IMG/VR virus record: IMGVR_UViG_3300037961_003088 | Span: 1 to 56,378 of that record | Direction: 5' to 3' (one strand) | From: a virus | Lineage: Duplodnaviria; Caudoviricetes | Length of the DNA: 56,378 bases | In this document: positions 1 through 10,988 of the stretch, one piece after another | How positions within the stretch are numbered: the stretch's first letter is position 1 | Layout of the letters: the number at the start of each line of letters is the position of its first letter | The notes under the pieces: model-generated | Seen by the model: the letters and a program-made list of their open reading frames with translations, nothing else | Told to the model about the DNA's origin: nothing | The model's database searches: none | Program-made: the position numbers and the translations under genes

Positions 1-196
1 CTGGGATAGTATCTTTGGCAAGAAAGATCATGGCACTAAAAGGAAGGACACCAAACAAAGCTGAAAGAAAGCACATGGACAGAGTTTCTCAGATAGGCTG
101 TATTGTTTGCAGAAATCTCGGTTATGGTTATGTGCCAGCAGAAATACATCATATAGAGGGTAAAACTAAAAAAGATAGTCATTTAAAAGTATTACC
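1..196 (+). repeat. Terminal direct repeat, copy 1 (assembly circularisation overlap)
   Basis: Identical to 56183-56378 except pos 47 (G vs A at 56229) and pos 119 (C vs A at 56301). Confidence 0.97.
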
Positions 197-344
197 TTTG
201 TGTTTTGAACATCACAGAAAGGGCAATGACAAACATCCTATAAGCAGACATCCCTATAAAAAAAGATTTGAAAACGCATATGGATCTGAGCTAAGTTTAT
301 TAGAAGATGTAAAAAATATTTTAAGAGATCATTATGAATTATAA
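30..344 (+). CDS. Ref-like (recombination enhancement/DUF968-type) HNH nuclease
   Basis: GCIVCR...AEIHHI...VLPLCFEHHR Zn/HNH pattern; ATG at 30 preferred over TTG at 15. Confidence 0.8.
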   Translation: MALKGRTPNKAERKHMDRVSQIGCIVCRNLGYGYVPAEIHHIEGKTKKDSHLKVLPLCFEHHRKGNDKHPISRHPYKKRFENAYGSELSLLEDVKNILRDHYEL

Positions 345-416
345 ATTTTGTTTATATCCTGCCGTTAATAAAAATATTTACCAGTCTATGTTTTTTCCTG
401 GATTTCAAGGAGAAAG

Positions 417-632
417 ATGAATAACACTAAATTTGATACAAAAAAAGGCAAAGTGTGTAAAAAATGCAAACAAAGATTACATTTGACTTTGTATAGGCAC
501 TTTCAAAAAGATTACGAGGTGTTGTACCTAGATATTTGTAAGATTTGTGAGAGGTCTTTTAGTAAAAAGAAATATCCTAAATTGGTACAGGGTTATAAAA
601 TAAATATGAGAAATGCAAAATGGCAAAGATAA
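417..632 (+). CDS. Small CxxC...CxxC zinc-finger protein
   Basis: CKKC and CKIC motifs; AGGAG RBS upstream. Confidence 0.65.
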   Translation: MNNTKFDTKKGKVCKKCKQRLHLTLYRHFQKDYEVLYLDICKICERSFSKKKYPKLVQGYKINMRNAKWQR

Positions 633-754
633 AAAAGACAATAAAAGTACTAGAATGGATAATTCTACTTCTAGTTTTCTTAATAATAGTTGTATATAAG
701 TATGTAGCATGGGATTGCATACTGATATGTGGAGATTGGTATGATGGTTCGTAA
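620..754 (+). CDS. Small membrane protein (44 aa, not in ORF track)
   Basis: MAKIKKTIKVLEWIILLLVFLIIVVYKYVAWDCILICGDWYDGS; fills the gap between adjacent + strand genes; single hydrophobic helix. Confidence 0.55.
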   Translation: MAKIKKTIKVLEWIILLLVFLIIVVYKYVAWDCILICGDWYDGS

Positions 755-768
755 AATGGGAGGTTATT

Positions 769-1137
769 TTGATAGATCATTATGAAAAAATATTACAAGA
801 AAGAAAAGAAGAATGGTGGGAATGGCACAAAAATAATCCTAAGGTTTGGGAAAAGTTTAGAGATTATACTTTAGACGTTATAAATAGCGGAAGAAACAAT
901 TATTCTCAATGGGCAATAGTAAATCGTATAAGATGGAATGAAGAGATTGAAACACAAGGTGGGGAGTTTAAGATAAACAATAACTATATATCTTTCTATG
1001 CTCGTATGTTTCATGCCAAATATCCTGAGCATGAGGGTTTTTTTAGACTTAAACCTTTTAAAGAAGAAAAAGAAATAGATAGGTTGAAAAGTCTTGGATA
1101 TGATGAAGAAACAAGGTTGTTTTTACATAAAGGTTAA
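769..1137 (+). CDS. Conserved phage hypothetical protein
   Basis: GGAGG RBS before TTG; NPKVW...YSQWAIVNRIRW...FKINNNYISFYAR pattern recalled from other phage proteins. Confidence 0.7.
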   Translation: MIDHYEKILQERKEEWWEWHKNNPKVWEKFRDYTLDVINSGRNNYSQWAIVNRIRWNEEIETQGGEFKINNNYISFYARMFHAKYPEHEGFFRLKPFKEEKEIDRLKSLGYDEETRLFLHKG

Positions 1138-4100
1138 AGCCCTGAAAATATTGGAGCTTTAGCTCTTTTTCTTAATTCAGGAACTATTGCTAGTCTTCTA
1201 TCTCTCTCAGCTTCTAGTTCAATAAGTAAATCATTTCTTACAGAGGCAGATATGTCATCTCTGTCATACAATCTATCTCTTCTATCTCGCCATGCGTCTA
1301 AATACCTCTCTAAAGCCCTCACTCGACCTCTAACGTCATTTAATCCTTTTACATTGCTCCTGTATGCCCTAAGTTCATCAAATCTCTTCTGTTCCCTTAA
1401 TCTGTTCATAGAAGCTACGGCTGTATCTACTTCATTTCTTAATTCGTAAAATTGTTGTTGCAGACCTCCTCCTGAAATATTCGGATCACGGAAAAATCTT
1501 CTTAATAACGGAAGATTGTTGAGGTTGGTAGGTATTAAGTTTTCACCTGTAACACCTCTAGCTACTATGTCTGCAAAATTTAAAACATATCCGCCTAAAG
1601 TTCCGCCATAACCTCTAAGAACGTGCTCTGTGACTATGGGTGATAAACCAAATGTTTTAGCAAATTCCTCTACTGCTTTATTGGTAGTCTTTCGAGTTTG
1701 TAGCACATTTTCTAATTTTAATTGATAGTAGGGTACGATTTCTGTATTTGTAAAACTATTTCTATTAGCCATAGCTTCTGCTATAGGTTTTAGAACTTGT
1801 ATGCCTGCTCCTGGTTGAAAAAATGGTATATTTAAAGAAGTTCCTGCTTGTCTTGTTATTGATTCTGTTGGATCTCCCTCTATTTGTCTGCCTAAAGGTG
1901 AAGCGTCTAAAAGTCTTTCTGGTATAGCTTTAAACATAGCTCCTACTTCAAAAGGTATAGGAATTTTTACTGATGGTATATCTCCTGGTAAAGGTATTAC
2001 CCAGTTATCATCTCTTTCCTCTCTACGCATACTTTTATACTCTTCTGTATCACTTACTAAGGCGTAATATATCAGAGTAATTAACATTAACGTTCCACCT
2101 CTTAAAAAAGCAGTTCTTATAATTCTATTTTGAACATCAGCCATTGTTTCACCAGCTTCTAATTTTTCTATAGAAGAGTATTGACCAGTAAATGCTCTAA
2201 ATAAAACATCTAAACCTTGTATTCTTGCATTTAAAAATGGTATAGCTGAGGTAATTATTCTAAAAGTTGGTGATAGTCCTCTACGACCAAAATTAATTAT
2301 TTCTAGAGCTTGATAAGCTGCTTCTGATTGTGCTTGTGCTTCTGTACCACCATTCTTTTTTACGTGATTATAAACAGCTCGAAAGACAGCTTTTCTTGTT
2401 ACAGCGTCTGATTTAGTTGTTAATGCTCCAAGACCATCCCAAACTTTAAAAAAAGCATTTTTTGCAGATAAACCATTGTCTAGTGATAATCCTTGCTGTC
2501 TTCTTGTTCTATCTATAAATTCTTTTATACTGCCTTCATCATTAGAAAAATCATAACCGCCTACAATACCAAACTGTTCTAGTTCAGAAACATCTTTCAT
2601 CATATTCTTAAATGAATCTATAATCGGCACAAATCCGTCACCACCTAAAGTAGCTCCTGATGTAACTGCAGATGACAATGTATCTCTTAAAATATTTACA
2701 ACGACAAAACCTGGATCTCTAGTAACTGTATCCCTTAAAAATGAGGCTGGTTTTGCTAATATGCCAACAACACCATCAGTACTAACTCCGCCTAAACCTC
2801 TTAAAGCGTCATGGACAAGTTTATCTTCAAGTTGATAAAAAACTTTTTTATTTTCTATAACTCCTGCTTCATTAGGCACATTTTCAAAAAAAGCTATAGT
2901 ATTAGGATGTCCTGCACTATCAACATCTTTACCTTTAGTTTCTAATCTATAATTTCTTACTAATTTTTTTATCCCATCATTTTTTAATGCAGCAGTTAAT
3001 ATTGCTAAAGAGTTTCTTGATATAGCTTCTATAGGATTTGTATCTATAGGATCTTCAGAACCTTTAATTTTTATACCTAAAGGATTATTAGGTAATACAC
3101 CAACAGCTATGTTTGGTCCTGCTAGATCACCATCTACCATCTTTCTATAAAAAGGATAGTAAGATGAATGATCTTTCCATAATTTAGCTGTTTCTGGGCT
3201 TAAAACTTCTTTTTGAACTGCAAAATCTATAAGTTTATTATTCCATCTATCATAATTATTTGATACTTCTACTACACTAGGATAATTTTTTTCTATACTA
3301 CGCATAGTTTCTTTCATTTTTTCTGTTCTTGGCGTAGTAATTTTTTTGCCTTGCTTATCAAAACTATCTATTCTTTTTAATTTTCTATATAAAGCAAATA
3401 TAGCTTCACGATCAATAGTAGGATCAGCATATAAAGGAGCAGTAATTTGCATAAAACCACCATAAGTTTTACCTGCTTCTCTTAAAACTTCTCCTGTAGT
3501 TTCATTTATTACATCTGCTTTTTCTGGAGCAACAAAAGGATTATATTTAGCTTCTATTTCTAAAGCCTGTGTTCTAGTAGCTCCCTCTTGACCATCTATT
3601 AAAGCAGTTGGATAACCATTAGTTAATAATCCTTGATATATACCTCTTGCTCTTTCACCTAGTCTTATATTAGCCATAGCAGAACTATCTGCAGTATTTT
3701 CTAATTGTCTTATTTCTTCGTTTTCTGTTTTTTGTCTTAAAATATCTTTATGTATTACATCATATTTATCTATAATAGATGTTCTTATAGTTGAAAATTG
3801 TTGTTTTATACTAGCTATAGGATTTTCGATATAATCTATTAATCTTTCACCATAGACTTTTACAGGTTTTTCATAACCTAAATCTTTTACTTGTTGTGCA
3901 TATTCTGGTGGTACAACAGCTTCATTTTTTGGCAAAGGAATATCTTGTTCTGGAACAGCAGAATTATTAAAATTAATCGCAGCATTTATAGCAATATCCG
4001 AAGCATTTAAATTAAAAGTTGGTATCTGACCTAAAGGTGTGCTTTTAACATCATATTCAGCTTTTCTCAAATTTCTTTCAATTTCAACATTTTGACTAGA

Positions 4101-7100
4101 TGGAGGATCTAGTGAACCAAGATTACTATACCTTTTAGCTTTCTTATACGTACCAAATGCACCAACTAACTGTTGTAAACCTAAAGTTCCTCCAGCATAT
4201 TTAGATAGTGTTAAAGCTTCACTTAAAATTAAAAAATTAGAAAAAACATTTTTAGTATCGACAGGGATATTTAAGAGTTGTGAAATTTCTTTTACAAATT
4301 CACTTAAAAAATTCTCTTCAGAAATTGGAAGAGGTTGTTCTAATTTTATTTCTTTTAATAAACCCTGAAAACCTCTATTAGTTAGACCAACAGCTAAAAA
4401 TTCTTGAACATTACTGCCATTAAAACCTTTTGATAAAACAAATCTTCTGTCATGAATTTGTACAGATTCTTCAAGTAAATCTTCATTAGATAATGTTCTT
4501 TTTCTTTCTTTTAACAGCATTTCATAATGACCACGATTATCCATATCGACTTTTCTTCTTGGACTAACAGTAATAAGTTGATTAAATGTTCCGCTTATAC
4601 CATACATAGTTTCAAGACTTTGCTGTTCTACTTTTCTAGCTAAATCTAAATCAGGTTTTTGTTTTCTAAATGCTGTAATTCCTGGCTGTACAAAAGGTTT
4701 ACTTCTAGATTTTTTTTCCATTCTAATGTCTCCATTTGGAAGAACATCAGAAACTTTTTCTTGTGATACTAATAAAGCTAAAGGTGTTAGATCAACATTT
4801 ATCGCAATAGGTATTTCTTTACCTGTATAATTAAATTTATCACGTTTAAAACCCTCTTTTAAAATTTTATCTATATACTTATCAGTAAATTCTTCAGGAT
4901 TAAATCTTTGTGCAACTGCTAATATTTGTTCTACTTCTTGACGTCTTTTATAAAATAATCTGCCACTTTCAAGTAATCTTGCTTTTACTCTGCTATTAAA
5001 TTTTCCAGTTTTATAAAAAATAACTGCTTGATCTTGCAATTTTTCAAAAACTTCCAGTTTAACATTTTCATTTTGTATCATATTAAAAGCAAACATTAAT
5101 TCTGAAATTTCTTGTTTTGTTTTAACTTCTAAAGTTTGTAAAGCATAATGAGAAATAATTTCAACTGGACTAACATTTTCTAAAATAGCTGCTAATGTAT
5201 TTAGAGAAGGTAGAACATTTTCATTAGCATTATTTAATAAATAACTTAATTCTCCTTTTTTTATAGATTTTTGTATTTTTAATAATTGATCGGTAGATTT
5301 TTTTAAATTTTGTTCTGCAGCTATTTTTTGTCTTAGATCATCCTTAACTCCTTTAAATCTTTCAAGAACACCAGTAAAATATTGTGTTTTTTTACCTATA
5401 TCATTTGGATTTATATTTTCTCCAGTGCTTTGTTCAGTAACATTTATAAAATCAACAAGAACTTTGTTACGACCACCTTTTATATTTAATTTTTCAAGAA
5501 ATTTTAAATTAACTCTTCCTCTATCTGCAGTAAAATACTTTATAAAATCTTTAGCTACTTTTGGTTTTAAACCCTCACTTTTTTCATTAGTTTCAAATAT
5601 ATTATTATTGCCAACTTTTTTTATAATGCCTGTCTTTAGCATATATTCATGAATCTCTTTCATAGAAGATATAGCTGCATTCATACTAGAAGTTGAACCC
5701 TGTGTAGCTAAATGCACTAATTCATGTAAAATTATTTCATAATTTACAGCGTCAGATTTAAATGCAAGATCATTAATATATAATCTAAAACCTGAATAAG
5801 CTTCTGTTAATTCTTCAAATCTAGAAGCAAATTTTTGATTACTTTTTGTTCTTTGTATTTCTGCTGCTAAAGAATTTTTTGAAGCAGGACCTGCTACAAA
5901 ACCAAGTGAACGCCCTTTTCCATAGTGTTGGTTATCGAATAATGGTAAAACATCATTGTTATCTTTTATAACTGTAAAAGATGTTTTTACACCTATTTTG
6001 TTAAATTGTTCTAATCTATCAACTATTTTTTTAGCTATGATTCTATAGTCTTTACTAGGAGCATTCTTAAATAAAATTTGAGCTACTTCTAAAGGAGTTT
6101 TATTAACTATATTATCCATTAAATATTTATAGTCTTGATCTTTTTGCTTATCAGTTAATTTTAAAAGATTATATATTCCACCTTTTAAACGAGGTTTTAT
6201 TTCCTCTAATGTCATATCAGGAGTAATTTCCGTAACCTGACCTATAGGCGAAACTTGCCCCCTATTAACTCTCCTACTGGTTTCTTGCTCTATTTCTGTT
6301 TTTAATAGAGGTTCATCTTCTACAGGTTTTTCTTCTGTTGTTTCTAAAGTTTCATCTATTTCTAAAATTGGTCTTAATTCATCATCTAGCCTTAATCTAT
6401 CTAACTCCTTAGTTGTTCTTATTTCACCTCTTTCTCTAGCACCTAATTTTCCTTCCTCTATAATAGAAAAAATTTCTGAAGCTCTTTTCATACCTGAACG
6501 TTTTACAGCTTTGCCTAGTAAATCAAAAAATTGTTCTACTTTGCCAAAAATACTTTCTGCTTTTGGAGCTACATCTGCAGGTGAAAACCTAGATTTATAT
6601 AAATCTGCTATGGCACTTTCTACATACATTTCTTCTAAAGCGTCTTTACCTGCTCCATAAGCTTGCATTTCTGCAGCTTTATTAGAATTTTTACGCAAAG
6701 AACGTTGATAATAACTAATACCTGCATTATTTTTATCAAAAGATAATGGAACTTTTGCTCTTCTTATGTAATTTCTAAAAAATTGATATTCTTTTTCAGT
6801 AAATAAATCTTTCTCTCTAAGAGCCTCTATAACATTACCATCTACTATTTTATTAATTCTTTGTTGTATTTCTAAATCACTAGCTGTGCCATCAGGATTT
6901 ATAGCATTTAAAGATACAAAAATTATATCTGTATTTTTATCGTATTCTCCTTTTATATTTTTAGCCTGTTCAGGATCACGAACTATAGTGCCATCTTCTT
7001 TTTCTACTAAAGTTCTTGTAGACAATAATTCATCAGATATAACAATGCCAGTTTCTCTCAAACCAACCACGTCTAACATTTTTCTTACTTCTTTAGCAAA

Positions 7101-9245
7101 TTTATTAAGTCTGCCTTTTTTTATAGCCTCGTCAAAATTGATCATTTTTGGCACAATTTCTGCAGGAGGTAAGAACTTACTTTGTTTTAGTTGCTCTTTT
7201 TCTACTAAATCTTTTATTGCCTCTTCAGAAAGTTCATTTTCTTGTCTTAAACGATTGCCAAACTCTTCAGGAGTTTCTTTAAAACCTTCAGCACGTCTAG
7301 CTATGTTGTAAGCAAAATCTTTAACCAGTCTATATTTATTACCATTAACTTTTTCTACACGACCACTATTTAATAAATCCTCTAAAAATATTTTTTGATC
7401 TAAAGCGTTTTGCCTAATAGATTCTGGTCCTATTTTTTGTAAATCTTTTAAAGTAAATAAATTATCATTTAAATTAGACACAAAATTAGCGACATCTACT
7501 GCATTATGTTTTCTAGGGGAAAAATCAGGAAAAGGTACTTTTATATTAAAGTTAGGGAGGGAATGTAAGCGTGCTATGAATAATTGTTTTGCTCCTACAG
7601 GTGCTTTTGAAATTTCTGCATATCCTGTAGTTGCTTTTGCAAAATAACGCACAGCTGGATCTTTTAGACTTTTTATATCTATATTTTTACTTGCTATTAA
7701 ATCTTTTATATAAGCAACACTAGTATTTATTTTATTTTTATCATCTCTTATAGAACCTAAACCATTTTCTTCAGATTTTTTAAATACTGTATCTGCTAAA
7801 TTTTTTTGTAATAAATTTAATTCTTTTTTATTTAATAATTTACCTTGATTTGCAAGCTTTACAGCTTCTTCAAAGCTAAATGTTTTATTTTTATTTTTCT
7901 CAAAATTTGGACTTTTTAATAAATTTTGTCTATCTTTTTCTGACAATCTTTGATTAAAATTAAATAAAGATTTAAGAGAAACTCTAGTAGAATTATTATC
8001 TAATAATAAGCTACCAACTTCTGTAGCTGTAGAACTTTTTTGTAAACCTAATATATATAAAACATTTTCTATTTCAGCTTTTACATCATTTACAGCAAAA
8101 GCGTCTAATTTTTTTTGTTTTTCAACTCTAGCTTCTGCTTCAGTAGCTATATCTTGTAATAAAAATTCATTAGTATCTTTATTGTATAAATCAAAAGTGC
8201 CTTTAGTATTATTTAAAATAACTAAATTAGGTTCTGGTTGCCTTTCTGCTGGTAAAGGAATATCTGGTGGTATTTGATCAGGCTGTTCTAATATATCTGA
8301 AACAATTCCTTGTTCTGTAGCTTTTTCAAATTTTTTAGATGATAAAATTGTTTCTCTATTATTTCTTGCTCTTTGTTCTCTATCTAAAAATTCTGCATTA
8401 GCTATTCCTCTTCTGCCAGCAAAACTATTTAAAACAAAATCTGTTGTAGCACCAACTATACCACCTATAGTAAATTCATCTAAAAGACTATCACCTATTG
8501 GTAGTTGGTCACTATATAAACCTCTAGCTATTAAATCTTGTGCTACAGAAGCAAAAACCTCTTGTCCACCCTCAACACCACCACTAAGTAATGCTCTTTT
8601 TATTTTTTCTTTTAAAACATTGTTTTTTAAAGCAGTTTTTGAAGTTTTAGATAAAATATATGAAACTGGTAAAATTTCTGATAATCCTACTGCACCACCG
8701 CCTATTTCAGCAAATGTTTCTGCAAAAGGTCCTACATCCTCTCCTAATTGTCTAGCTGCTTCTATTCTGTCTGCTTGTTGTGAAACACCTGCAGGAACAG
8801 CTATAGCTGCAGGTAAACCATACTGCCCTACAATAGGACTTACTAACTTTCTTTGTGCTAAAGCTCTACCTACTAAACCTGCACCGAAAAAAGGAGCAAA
8901 TGATCCAAATCCTTCAGAAAGTTTTGTTGTAAAAGTATCTTCATAGCCTTTAGCTGCTGCAAAAGGACTATCTTCTCTTAATCTTCTACTAGCCTCACGC
9001 AAGGAAGTTGTAGTTTGACCATCATTACCAACATCTAATAAAGATGACAAACCTAAAGGCACATCTATAGCAATACCTAAAGCACCTCTAGCTAAACCTT
9101 TAGGTATTTCTGCTATTTGTCCTAAAACACTAGTTTGATCAACATCAACACCATGTATAGATTTTACTAGCTGAACAAATCTCTCTCTTTCTTTTGGATC
9201 TGTAGGCACATTATAAGTTTTGCCTGCTACTGTAAATTGTTCCAT
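1134..9245 (-). CDS. Giant internal virion/ejection protein, polyvalent type (zincin HExxH domain, C-terminal LPD38-like domain)
   Basis: 2703 aa, last late gene; IILHELVH motif; C-terminal PFLNARIQG...DDNWVIP...IPIPFEVG...KAIPER typical of LPD38. Confidence 0.8.
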   Translation of the reverse strand: MEQFTVAGKTYNVPTDPKERERFVQLVKSIHGVDVDQTSVLGQIAEIPKGLARGALGIAIDVPLGLSSLLDVGNDGQTTTSLREASRRLREDSPFAAAKGYEDTFTTKLSEGFGSFAPFFGAGLVGRALAQRKLVSPIVGQYGLPAAIAVPAGVSQQADRIEAARQLGEDVGPFAETFAEIGGGAVGLSEILPVSYILSKTSKTALKNNVLKEKIKRALLSGGVEGGQEVFASVAQDLIARGLYSDQLPIGDSLLDEFTIGGIVGATTDFVLNSFAGRRGIANAEFLDREQRARNNRETILSSKKFEKATEQGIVSDILEQPDQIPPDIPLPAERQPEPNLVILNNTKGTFDLYNKDTNEFLLQDIATEAEARVEKQKKLDAFAVNDVKAEIENVLYILGLQKSSTATEVGSLLLDNNSTRVSLKSLFNFNQRLSEKDRQNLLKSPNFEKNKNKTFSFEEAVKLANQGKLLNKKELNLLQKNLADTVFKKSEENGLGSIRDDKNKINTSVAYIKDLIASKNIDIKSLKDPAVRYFAKATTGYAEISKAPVGAKQLFIARLHSLPNFNIKVPFPDFSPRKHNAVDVANFVSNLNDNLFTLKDLQKIGPESIRQNALDQKIFLEDLLNSGRVEKVNGNKYRLVKDFAYNIARRAEGFKETPEEFGNRLRQENELSEEAIKDLVEKEQLKQSKFLPPAEIVPKMINFDEAIKKGRLNKFAKEVRKMLDVVGLRETGIVISDELLSTRTLVEKEDGTIVRDPEQAKNIKGEYDKNTDIIFVSLNAINPDGTASDLEIQQRINKIVDGNVIEALREKDLFTEKEYQFFRNYIRRAKVPLSFDKNNAGISYYQRSLRKNSNKAAEMQAYGAGKDALEEMYVESAIADLYKSRFSPADVAPKAESIFGKVEQFFDLLGKAVKRSGMKRASEIFSIIEEGKLGARERGEIRTTKELDRLRLDDELRPILEIDETLETTEEKPVEDEPLLKTEIEQETSRRVNRGQVSPIGQVTEITPDMTLEEIKPRLKGGIYNLLKLTDKQKDQDYKYLMDNIVNKTPLEVAQILFKNAPSKDYRIIAKKIVDRLEQFNKIGVKTSFTVIKDNNDVLPLFDNQHYGKGRSLGFVAGPASKNSLAAEIQRTKSNQKFASRFEELTEAYSGFRLYINDLAFKSDAVNYEIILHELVHLATQGSTSSMNAAISSMKEIHEYMLKTGIIKKVGNNNIFETNEKSEGLKPKVAKDFIKYFTADRGRVNLKFLEKLNIKGGRNKVLVDFINVTEQSTGENINPNDIGKKTQYFTGVLERFKGVKDDLRQKIAAEQNLKKSTDQLLKIQKSIKKGELSYLLNNANENVLPSLNTLAAILENVSPVEIISHYALQTLEVKTKQEISELMFAFNMIQNENVKLEVFEKLQDQAVIFYKTGKFNSRVKARLLESGRLFYKRRQEVEQILAVAQRFNPEEFTDKYIDKILKEGFKRDKFNYTGKEIPIAINVDLTPLALLVSQEKVSDVLPNGDIRMEKKSRSKPFVQPGITAFRKQKPDLDLARKVEQQSLETMYGISGTFNQLITVSPRRKVDMDNRGHYEMLLKERKRTLSNEDLLEESVQIHDRRFVLSKGFNGSNVQEFLAVGLTNRGFQGLLKEIKLEQPLPISEENFLSEFVKEISQLLNIPVDTKNVFSNFLILSEALTLSKYAGGTLGLQQLVGAFGTYKKAKRYSNLGSLDPPSSQNVEIERNLRKAEYDVKSTPLGQIPTFNLNASDIAINAAINFNNSAVPEQDIPLPKNEAVVPPEYAQQVKDLGYEKPVKVYGERLIDYIENPIASIKQQFSTIRTSIIDKYDVIHKDILRQKTENEEIRQLENTADSSAMANIRLGERARGIYQGLLTNGYPTALIDGQEGATRTQALEIEAKYNPFVAPEKADVINETTGEVLREAGKTYGGFMQITAPLYADPTIDREAIFALYRKLKRIDSFDKQGKKITTPRTEKMKETMRSIEKNYPSVVEVSNNYDRWNNKLIDFAVQKEVLSPETAKLWKDHSSYYPFYRKMVDGDLAGPNIAVGVLPNNPLGIKIKGSEDPIDTNPIEAISRNSLAILTAALKNDGIKKLVRNYRLETKGKDVDSAGHPNTIAFFENVPNEAGVIENKKVFYQLEDKLVHDALRGLGGVSTDGVVGILAKPASFLRDTVTRDPGFVVVNILRDTLSSAVTSGATLGGDGFVPIIDSFKNMMKDVSELEQFGIVGGYDFSNDEGSIKEFIDRTRRQQGLSLDNGLSAKNAFFKVWDGLGALTTKSDAVTRKAVFRAVYNHVKKNGGTEAQAQSEAAYQALEIINFGRRGLSPTFRIITSAIPFLNARIQGLDVLFRAFTGQYSSIEKLEAGETMADVQNRIIRTAFLRGGTLMLITLIYYALVSDTEEYKSMRREERDDNWVIPLPGDIPSVKIPIPFEVGAMFKAIPERLLDASPLGRQIEGDPTESITRQAGTSLNIPFFQPGAGIQVLKPIAEAMANRNSFTNTEIVPYYQLKLENVLQTRKTTNKAVEEFAKTFGLSPIVTEHVLRGYGGTLGGYVLNFADIVARGVTGENLIPTNLNNLPLLRRFFRDPNISGGGLQQQFYELRNEVDTAVASMNRLREQKRFDELRAYRSNVKGLNDVRGRVRALERYLDAWRDRRDRLYDRDDISASVRNDLLIELEAERDRRLAIVPELRKRAKAPIFSGL

Positions 9246-9248
9246 TAT

Positions 9249-10988
9249 TTAATTTGCTTCAAATTGACTTAATTCATCTACACCCAAAGGAATCTCTTCT
9301 AATACAATAAGCCTATCTAATATAAGTTTTAGTGAATTAGCAAACTCAGGATCTTCTCCAAACATTTGCATATAATCAAAAATTGTCTTACCTAACTTTT
9401 GTAAATTTTCTTTTGGTTGATTTTCTATATTTGCTTGAATTTGCTCTATTTGTGCTTGAATTAATTGTCTTTGTAACTCTTGTGTCTCTCTAGTAGCTCT
9501 AGTTTCTTCTCTGTCAAGTTGTTCTTTTCTTCTGTTTTCAAATATTGCAGCTAAACCTGAAGAAAAATCTGCTAAATTTCTAGAACCTGCTACTACAGCA
9601 CCTAATTGAGTAATTAAAAGACTATCGTCATCAGTCATCATTTTATTTCTTTGATTTTTTGCTTGTACTAAATCATCTAATCCTACAAGATTAGAATCAT
9701 CAGATATAACTACATCTTCACCAGTTAAACCTACTAATCGTTTTTGTAAGTTTTCTTTACGTTTTCTATCTTCTTCTTCTTGTTTTTTTATTAGCAATTC
9801 ATTTGCTTCGTTTTCTTCTCTTTCTTCTCTATCTTCTGATCTTTCAAAAATATCATCACCGCCAAAAAGACCTGATACAACATTAACAGCTCTGCCAAAT
9901 AAAGAATCGCCTACATCACCTGCTCCTGCTGATCTTGTTACTAAATCTGTAGCTACACCAGTTGCAACTGTCCTGCCAGGAGAAAAAACTCTAAACCTTC
10001 CTTTTGCTACATCTTGTAAAAGATTATATGCTCGTAAATCATCTAAACCACCAAATGTTTTTGGTCCGCCAGGTTTTGTAAATAATTTTTGACCTTGTTG
10101 TTTTATAAATTCACCTACTTTTGTAAATGTTCCTGGTGGAATTTTATCAAAAAGTTTTTTACCTAAACCTACTGCACCTTTACCTGCTCTATAAGCTATT
10201 AAACCTGCAATTCCTGTGCCTATTGGATCTTCTAATAATTTTTTTGGATCTACATCTAAAATATTAGCTGCTTCATATGTTAAACCACCTACATCTTCTC
10301 TAGTATTATCTTCTAATACTCGTTTATTATGTAAATTAACAAATTCTTCAGCACTATTAGCAATAACAATAGGCATATTAGGATTATTAGACTTAAAAAA
10401 AGCTCTTTCACCTGTAAAAGGATTTATTCCTTTATCTATGCTATCTCTATCTTCTGCAGTCAAATCATTTACACTTATGGTTGAATCGTTTAATGCCATT
10501 TCTCTAGTAATTCCTGGTAATCCAGAAGCTTGCACACTCAAAAACTTTTCAATTGTATCGTCAAATGTAGGAATTGGAACACCTAAATTTGGATTATATG
10601 AAAATTGAGAAAATCGTTCTGGATTATTTTCTATAAAATCAAGAATATCTTGCGTAGACATACCTTGTTGCATTCCTACAAAACCACCCTCCGCCATGTT
10701 TAAAGTCGGTGGTATGCTCGATAAGCCAGTCATGGAAGGTTCTTGGGAGACTAAGGGATCTCTTGGCATACCACCTTGTAATTCTGCAACTTTCATTTCA
10801 GCTACAGTCATTTCTGGTCTATTTCGTTTTGCTAAATCAGCTTCATATTTTTTTCTATTAATGTTTCTTCTTTGAATTTCTGATAAAACTATAAACTCTG
10901 GATATATAGAAGATGGATTATTTACTAAAGAAATTAATTCTTGTTGTGACATAGTTTCTAATTCAGCAGCTCTATCTATTAAACTCAT
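9249..10988 (-). CDS. Internal virion (DNA ejection) protein
   Basis: Lies between pilot-like protein and giant protein; helical/coiled-coil and Gly-rich segments. Confidence 0.6.
   Translation of the reverse strand: MSLIDRAAELETMSQQELISLVNNPSSIYPEFIVLSEIQRRNINRKKYEADLAKRNRPEMTVAEMKVAELQGGMPRDPLVSQEPSMTGLSSIPPTLNMAEGGFVGMQQGMSTQDILDFIENNPERFSQFSYNPNLGVPIPTFDDTIEKFLSVQASGLPGITREMALNDSTISVNDLTAEDRDSIDKGINPFTGERAFFKSNNPNMPIVIANSAEEFVNLHNKRVLEDNTREDVGGLTYEAANILDVDPKKLLEDPIGTGIAGLIAYRAGKGAVGLGKKLFDKIPPGTFTKVGEFIKQQGQKLFTKPGGPKTFGGLDDLRAYNLLQDVAKGRFRVFSPGRTVATGVATDLVTRSAGAGDVGDSLFGRAVNVVSGLFGGDDIFERSEDREEREENEANELLIKKQEEEDRKRKENLQKRLVGLTGEDVVISDDSNLVGLDDLVQAKNQRNKMMTDDDSLLITQLGAVVAGSRNLADFSSGLAAIFENRRKEQLDREETRATRETQELQRQLIQAQIEQIQANIENQPKENLQKLGKTIFDYMQMFGEDPEFANSLKLILDRLIVLEEIPLGVDELSQFEAN

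Noticed and set aside
1-196. True physical direct terminal repeat
   Set aside because: It starts and ends mid-gene, contains mismatches and is far from the terminase region; more likely an assembly overlap
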